From Oligoflexales bacterium (GTDB lineage Bacteria > Bdellovibrionota_B > Oligoflexia > Oligoflexales > RGVZ01), in assembly GCA_044344995.1 (NCBI GenBank), contig JBIJBX010000002.1, forward strand, positions 1 to 39,021: a DNA stretch of 39,021 bases. The letters run 5' to 3'. Within the stretch, counting starts at the first letter, position 1; each line of letters starts with the position of its first letter. A program made the position numbers and the translations under genes. The notes below the pieces were generated by a model that was not told where the DNA came from, did not search any database, and saw only the letters and a program-made list of their open reading frames with translations. Below, piece by piece: positions 34,116 to 39,021 of this stretch.

Positions 34116-34167
34116 GCGGGGGAGGCTCTTTCCACTTGGAAACAGGTGGGGCCTCCTGCTATTTTTT
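34116..34167 (+). terminator. Rho-independent terminator after azu
   Basis: The GC-rich imperfect hairpin pairs GGAGGC (34121-34126) with GCCTCC (34151-34156), with an inner CCAC/GTGG pair. A TATTTTTTAA run follows. Confidence 0.7.
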
Positions 34168-34177
34168 AATCTCCAGC

Positions 34178-34253
34178 GCCACTGTAGCTCAGCTGGTAGA
34201 GCAACCGCTTCGTAAGCGGTAGGTCGCCGGTTCAAATCCGGCCAGTGGCTCCA
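34178..34253 (+). tRNA. tRNA-Thr (anticodon CGU), CCA encoded
   Basis: I folded the 76-nt cloverleaf by hand. The acceptor stem is GCCACTG/CAGTGGC, the D stem GCTC/GAGC and the anticodon stem ACCGC/GCGGT, with loop TTCGTAA giving anticodon CGT. The T stem is GCCGG/CCGGC with a TTCAAAT loop, followed by discriminator T and CCA. Confidence 0.95.
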
Positions 34254-34393
34254 CCCTCCCTTTCAGTCAATTTTACTGCCCGTAATCCCTAGACTTAATA
34301 AATTTCAAGTTGCCAATGGGCGGCCTCACAGGTTCTAATTACAGGAACTTCTTAAACGTCATGGTTTGAAATTTTTAGGTACTGAGACTTGTC

Positions 34394-35029
34394 ATGCCTC
34401 GCGACCGTAACTTCTTAGTATTTGACTTGGATGGGACTATCTTTGCCTCAACCCCGTTTTACTTCGCTATTTTAGAGAAGGTCTTTGCAAAGAACGGCCT
34501 TCAATTGAGCGAAGCTGAAAAGGCGCTGGCTGCCGGTCTTTCAGCTAGAAAGTTTTTATCCACGAAACTTTCCGCGGATGCCACCTCCGAAGCCCTCGAA
34601 TTCATGAATCAGCAAAGCACAATCGATATAGAACACATCAAAATGTTTGAAGGTTTATCCTGTCTATTAACGACCCTGCTCAACCGTGGCAAACGCCTTG
34701 CAGCGTGGACCAGCCGCGATCATGGCTCAGCGACTCTTCTTCTCAGAAAACACCAACTCGATAAATATTTTGACGTCATCGTCACTGGTGATTGCGTGGA
34801 AAATCACAAGCCGGACCCCGAGGGCCTACAACGGATTGCGGGTCATTTTGCTTGCTCGGTTTCGGATTTGGTGATGATTGGAGATCATGACGTTGATATT
34901 GCAGCTGCCCAATCAGCTGGCGCACTGCCGATAAGAGCTAATTGGCACGGATTTCGGGATGGCCAAAACTGCCACCTCGGAGCGGAAACCATTCACTCCG
35001 TTCGAGAACTTTCAGAAAAGCTTCTTTAG
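34394..35029 (+). CDS. HAD-superfamily hydrolase (phosphoglycolate phosphatase-like, subfamily IA)
   Basis: Motif I is FDLDGTIF (DxDGT), motif II is AAWTS, and motifs III/IV are K...GDHDVDI. Confidence 0.85.
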   Translation: MPRDRNFLVFDLDGTIFASTPFYFAILEKVFAKNGLQLSEAEKALAAGLSARKFLSTKLSADATSEALEFMNQQSTIDIEHIKMFEGLSCLLTTLLNRGKRLAAWTSRDHGSATLLLRKHQLDKYFDVIVTGDCVENHKPDPEGLQRIAGHFACSVSDLVMIGDHDVDIAAAQSAGALPIRANWHGFRDGQNCHLGAETIHSVRELSEKLL

Positions 35030-35053
35030 CCAGAAAGGACCAGGCGGCAAATT

Positions 35054-35800
35054 ATGGCCCGGGTCAACTACTCTGATATTGCCAAACGCTACGACCAAAA
35101 CCCCATTAGACGTAACATCGCGCCTGACAAGACTCTTGATCTGGCCTCAGGAAAACCTTGGAATGTTTTGGATCTAGGGTGCGGAACAGGTTCTTACATC
35201 GAAATCCAGTCGGGCCTAAAACAACATAAAAATATCCGCTGGCATGGCGCTGACCCAAACGACGAGATGCTGAGGGTGGCGCGAGAAAAAGCACCGGTTG
35301 CCATATTTCATAAGGCTGGGGCAGAAGACCTGCCATTTGATGACAATTTTTTTGATTATGTTACGAGTCGTTTCTCATTTCATCACTTTGCTGACCGTAA
35401 CCGAGCTCTTAAAGAAATTTTCCGCGTTCTCAAGCCGGGCGGCTATTTCAAAATCGTCAATCTTGCCCCAGAGCTTAGTCCGAGCTGGTGGATCTTCAGA
35501 TATTTTCCAGCAGCAATAAAAATTGACGAACAAAGATTTTGGGATCTTGAGTTTCTTAAGTCTCAAATAATTGAAGTGGGCTTTGAACTCCGAACCTCAC
35601 AACTTCAACTTCGCGAAAAAATAGAGTCTTCACTTGTCCTCAAAGAGGCGCGAAACCGAGAAACCTCGGAATTACTCCTCATCGATGACGAGGACTACCG
35701 CGCTGGCTTAAGGCGCCTCGAGGAGGAGCTAGCAGGACGCGAACATGACCTTGTGGATTGGGGCCTCATGATTGCCGAACTCGAGTTTATGAAAACCTAG
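35054..35800 (+). CDS. Class I SAM-dependent methyltransferase
   Basis: Motif I is VLDLGCGTGSY, post-I is an acidic residue (GADPNDEML), and motif II/III is FDYVTSRFSFHHF...LKPGGYF (Methyltransf_11-like). Confidence 0.87.
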   Translation: MARVNYSDIAKRYDQNPIRRNIAPDKTLDLASGKPWNVLDLGCGTGSYIEIQSGLKQHKNIRWHGADPNDEMLRVAREKAPVAIFHKAGAEDLPFDDNFFDYVTSRFSFHHFADRNRALKEIFRVLKPGGYFKIVNLAPELSPSWWIFRYFPAAIKIDEQRFWDLEFLKSQIIEVGFELRTSQLQLREKIESSLVLKEARNRETSELLLIDDEDYRAGLRRLEEELAGREHDLVDWGLMIAELEFMKT

Positions 35801-35983
35801 CGCAACGCTAGATCCTAGAGACCGTGTACCCCCTTTTTTGCCCCACATAAATCCATGAAATCATAAATGTTATTTAGAGTCCCCAACGAGCCTCCTGGCG
35901 TGGCTGGATGCTTCACATATTCGGCATTTCAGGAGACAATAAAGGGAATCGAATCAAACTTCAGAATACAGGGGGCACTGAGT

Positions 35984-36571
35984 ATGTCCACATTGCGAGC
36001 ATCCACTGCTAGCGGCGCTGACACCAGGTCAAAACTTTTACAAAAAGCGGCAGCCCTATCGCAAACCGTCGGCTATGACGCTCTGAGCCTCCAGGAACTG
36101 GCAAATGAACTCGGGATTCGCAAAGCAAGCATTTTCCACTATTTTGCTAGCAAAGATGAGTTAGCATGCGCGGTCATCGAAGCCGATATGAAGTTATTTA
36201 GTGAGTGGCAGGAAACCGTAGAACACTTGAATCCAGTGGAAAGACTGAGTCGCTATTTTGATCACTACCGCAACATGATCAGCCATGGACACGTATGTCC
36301 TGGTGGCGCATTTGCCGTGTCGTGGCCCCTACTACAAGGCAAAGTCAAAGACGCTCTTGTCAACATGCACAAGCAGCACATTACTTTTTTGGACGATCTA
36401 ATTCGTGATGGCATCACCCTGGGATCATTTAAACCATTAGCCATACCATCTGACGTGGTTAAATCAATTCCTGATATGCTCCAAGGCGCCATTCAGGTAG
36501 GTCGAGCTGGATCAAGTATAATCCCAATCAATAGAATCGAACGGCTCACAAAAGTTTTACTTGGTGTATAA
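35984..36571 (+). CDS. TetR/AcrR-family transcriptional regulator
   Basis: The N-terminus carries the TetR HTH (GYDALSLQELANELGIRKASIFHYFASKDEL). I prefer the ATG at 35984 (AGGGGG SD) over the track start at 35867. Confidence 0.87.
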   Translation: MSTLRASTASGADTRSKLLQKAAALSQTVGYDALSLQELANELGIRKASIFHYFASKDELACAVIEADMKLFSEWQETVEHLNPVERLSRYFDHYRNMISHGHVCPGGAFAVSWPLLQGKVKDALVNMHKQHITFLDDLIRDGITLGSFKPLAIPSDVVKSIPDMLQGAIQVGRAGSSIIPINRIERLTKVLLGV

Positions 36572-36635
36572 AATTCATTGCGACCGCCTCCGGGTCGCAG
36601 ATGACCGTAAAGAAACCAGTAAAGGAGCCTCTCAT

Positions 36636-37913
36636 TTGAAGATACGATTCGCTGCCACGGCTTTCATGATAAGCCTGGCTGCCTGCAAAACAGTTCAGCC
36701 ACAAGCCAAAGTCAAACACACTCTAGGCGAGGTTAGCTGGTCAGATGGGCGATGGACCTATCTTGACCTTGATCGCGCCACCTTCCTAAAGATGAATAAC
36801 TCTACCTATCTACCTGAATCACATGAATTAAGCCTGAAATCAACGGAGTGGGTTGAGCGTCTACACGCTGCCGTTGTAGCCACGTATCCACAAAAAATGG
36901 CGGGTATCCCCCACCCTCAAATCATCGTGATGAAAAAATCCAGCCCAGACGCTTTCGCCGCGAAACGACGAACAGTCAGCTACCAGCTAAAAACGAAAAT
37001 CGCTGCGACCCGCGACGATGAAGTTAATTTAAAAGAAACGAGCCCACTTTATTTCAACGACAGTAATAGAAAGTTAGCGCACAACATTTTCCCGCCAGAA
37101 ATTCGATTACCCGTCAATGACGCTGTCGGCTACAGTGCATGGTTCTCAAAACTCTACCAACCCTGCACAATTGAGAAATCAGGACGGGATGATATCGAAT
37201 GGGCCTATGGCCCTCGCTGTGACATGGAGACTTATCTAAAACCGTCGGCATGGTCTCCAGAGTTTGTGACACAAGCCGCACCGAACTGGCTCATTGTCAC
37301 GTCGGGACTCTTTTCGATTCTCCCAACAGAAGCTAGTTTTGCCGCCGTCATCGCCCACGAGTTGGCCCACTACTACCGTGCGCACGTGGTTCACGACATG
37401 AAGCATTACAATTACTGTTACCTACTCAACGATCCCGAGCACAAGCCCGTGGAACGCGAGGAATTAAAAAACCTATGCCGGGACTTAAAAGTTGGCCGCG
37501 CGCGCGGCGGGATGGACCCGTTTACGGCCGCTGCCCAAGTCGGCCTCGGCGTCTATACGGTAGAAGAGGAAGCTGATGAGTTGGCGCTTGAAATATTAAG
37601 TCTGGCTGGAATTGACCCATTGAAAGCTACTGAAGCATGGTTCGCCCTGTTTGAGCATGCGGATGCCAGCGTCACCCAAATGGAAATACCTCTGGCCAGG
37701 TGCCGCCAACTTTTTGAAAATAAATGGCGGGATAGCGCGGGCAATCTCGTGGCCGTGCCAATTGGCGACTATCAGGATACACATCATAGCTGGTGTTTTC
37801 GCGTCTTCAACACCACGAACGAAATTGCCATCCACAACTACCGGGTCGAGATGCCTCTAAATTTGAATCCACAAGCTTGGAAAACCATACAGTCACTTTC
37901 CAAGAATCCGTAG
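36636..37913 (+). CDS. Lipoprotein with an M48-like zinc metalloprotease core
   Basis: The TTG start at 36636 has an AAGGAG SD 7 nt upstream. The lipobox is canonical (FMISLAAC). It has HExxH (VIAHELAHYY) and a downstream E-x-EAD-type motif (TVEEEADELALE), as in M48 peptidases. There are no TM helices, unlike HtpX or Ste24. Confidence 0.68.
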   Translation: MKIRFAATAFMISLAACKTVQPQAKVKHTLGEVSWSDGRWTYLDLDRATFLKMNNSTYLPESHELSLKSTEWVERLHAAVVATYPQKMAGIPHPQIIVMKKSSPDAFAAKRRTVSYQLKTKIAATRDDEVNLKETSPLYFNDSNRKLAHNIFPPEIRLPVNDAVGYSAWFSKLYQPCTIEKSGRDDIEWAYGPRCDMETYLKPSAWSPEFVTQAAPNWLIVTSGLFSILPTEASFAAVIAHELAHYYRAHVVHDMKHYNYCYLLNDPEHKPVEREELKNLCRDLKVGRARGGMDPFTAAAQVGLGVYTVEEEADELALEILSLAGIDPLKATEAWFALFEHADASVTQMEIPLARCRQLFENKWRDSAGNLVAVPIGDYQDTHHSWCFRVFNTTNEIAIHNYRVEMPLNLNPQAWKTIQSLSKNP

Positions 37914-37927
37914 CCCCACTGAACACT

Positions 37928-38527
37928 TCAAGGACCTTGCCCCGCGCAAACGATCGGCACGGGAAAATTCACTCGTGCGGCTAATTTGCACGTGTAGGAT
38001 CTGCGCAATAAATCACTTTCATGAAGTTCACTTCTTTGAACTGATGTACTGGGGACAAAAAAAGCCGGAAGTCTACCACCATCTTTAGCACGCGGATAAG
38101 ACTCACATGGTTTGTCTGCGAAGCTTGCTAGTTTGTATGCGATCATCCGACCTTCCATAATTTCACTGCCGTTCACTTCTTCCGAATCAAACACCGCACC
38201 TTCGGCTGCTGACAACAGCTCGATCGCGACACTTTTAGAAAAATTAACATCTAATGTAAGTGGGCGCATATTTGGACCTAATTTTTCGCACTCACTGGAC
38301 CAAGTGTCAAAAGTCCCAATTCCCAAATAGATATACTCAATCTGGGATCCGGGCATCTTCCATGTAACTTTCGGCGTATCAGCGGCTGCAACAGCCTCTG
38401 ACACGACTTTTGTTTTCTCCACAGATCTTGGCGCGTCTTTGCCACCTGGGACTTTGGTCATTGAAAATGTACAAGCTGATGATAAGTGGGCAAAAACGCT
38501 CATCGAAAGCAGAGTAATGCGTTTCAT
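37928..38527 (-). CDS. Hypothetical lipoprotein
   Basis: The signal peptide plus lipobox-like Cys reads MKRITLLSMSVFAHLSSAC. The ATG (38525-38527) overlaps the rluA-family stop (38524-26; ATGA). I recognise no domain. Confidence 0.6.
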   Translation of the reverse strand: MKRITLLSMSVFAHLSSACTFSMTKVPGGKDAPRSVEKTKVVSEAVAAADTPKVTWKMPGSQIEYIYLGIGTFDTWSSECEKLGPNMRPLTLDVNFSKSVAIELLSAAEGAVFDSEEVNGSEIMEGRMIAYKLASFADKPCESYPRAKDGGRLPAFFVPSTSVQRSELHESDLLRRSYTCKLAARVNFPVPIVCAGQGP

Positions 38528-39021
38528 GATACGGACCCCTTCCAGAATCTAAACATGTCGTCGGCCATGGGTGACTCGATCCGGCAACCAACGCCTGTTT
38601 CCGGATGAGCAAACTCTAGAGCTGCGGCATGTAAAAGGCAACGCTGAAATCCTGTTTGTTCGACACAGAAAGCCGTCGTTTGGCGAGCCTCCCAGTAATC
38701 CAGGAAGACGGCCTCGTTTGGATGGTACAATTTATCGCCGATGATCCAATGCCCCGAGTAAGCAGCATGAATTCTTATTTGGTTCGTCCTACCTGTTTTC
38801 GGAAAGGCCCTTAGAAGTGCCAAAGAACCCTCGAACGACGCTTTTCTTTCTTCTACCACAAAGTCTGTCTTTGAAGGCAATCCACCGTCAACGACCCACT
38901 TCTTAATGCGAATCTTACTGCCAGTTAGATCACCCAACGGTGCGTCGACCGTCCATTTATCGGCAGACGGATTTCCTGAAACGATTAGCTGATATTCTTT
39001 AATAATTTTTTTTGACTCAAA
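38524..39021 (-). CDS. RluA-family pseudouridine synthase; the N-terminus lies beyond the window end (partial)
   Basis: It has ..FPKTGRTNQIRIHAAYSGHWIIGDKLY.. (the RluA/RluD C-terminal signature) and ..LLHAAALEFAHPETG... I checked the reading frame codon by codon and it stays open from 38937 to 39021 (..FESKKIIKEYQLIVSGNPSADKWTVDAPLGDL..). The track's M at 38937 is therefore an internal TTG. Confidence 0.88.
   Translation of the reverse strand, partial: FESKKIIKEYQLIVSGNPSADKWTVDAPLGDLTGSKIRIKKWVVDGGLPSKTDFVVEERKASFEGSLALLRAFPKTGRTNQIRIHAAYSGHWIIGDKLYHPNEAVFLDYWEARQTTAFCVEQTGFQRCLLHAAALEFAHPETGVGCRIESPMADDMFRFWKGSVS

Noticed and set aside
34178-34393. tRNA-Thr as the attachment site of an integrated mobile element
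   Set aside because: No integrase, excisionase or transposase is present downstream. I could not find a repeat of the tRNA 3' end in the window.
1-39021. CRISPR arrays, IS elements, prophage genes and known defence systems (RM, TA, CBASS, retron RT, Abi and similar)
   Set aside because: I found no regularly spaced direct repeats. No cas, transposase, integrase, reverse transcriptase, terminase or capsid-like ORFs are present. Every ORF over 150 aa is accounted for by the housekeeping, envelope or metabolic calls.

Overview
This 39 kb window looks like a tightly packed chromosomal segment from a diderm (Gram-negative) bacterium with roughly balanced GC. I call 38 protein genes (two of them cut by the window edges) and one tRNA-Thr(CGU). 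BamB-like, MlaE, beta-barrel OMP and many lipobox or signal-peptide proteins support a diderm host. The mix of secreted proteases, an MshEN-domain protein and a Cys-containing C-terminal sorting tail hints at a Bdellovibrio- or myxobacteria-like lineage, but I cannot verify that without a search.

Confidently recognisable genes:
- Redox, RNA and cofactor housekeeping: grxC, a DEAD-box helicase with an RGG tail, Mrp/ApbC, folE, hslO, a TatD hydrolase, rdgB, a BolA-like protein and an RluA-family pseudouridine synthase.
- Envelope: a YfgM-like/BamB-like pair, mannose-1-P guanylyltransferase, mlaE and a GT51 transglycosylase.
- Purine catabolism: xdhABC with coupled neighbours, followed by a textbook azurin.
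- After the tRNA: HAD hydrolase, SAM methyltransferase, TetR regulator and two lipoproteins.

I see no CRISPR array, transposase, integrase, phage gene or known defence gene, and no obvious pseudogene. Several genes use TTG or GTG starts backed by strong Shine-Dalgarno sequences.

I do not see an unambiguous novel multi-gene system. The best leads are:
1. An orphan MlaE permease co-oriented with a 699-aa protein that joins an AsmA-like N-terminal region to a C-terminal GT51 transglycosylase.
2. An ATPase-less MshEN (T2SS-E N-terminal) protein with tandem c-di-GMP-type motifs.
3. A 372-nt ORF-free gap holding a sigma-54-like promoter, a 17-bp long-range inverted repeat and a pyrimidine-rich, anti-SD-like core, which could be an sRNA.
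4. A MerR/B12-binding (CarH/LitR-like) regulator that lacks the photochemistry Trp.
5. An uncharacterised polytopic membrane protein translationally coupled to xdhA.

All functional calls come from motif recognition by eye. No database search was run.
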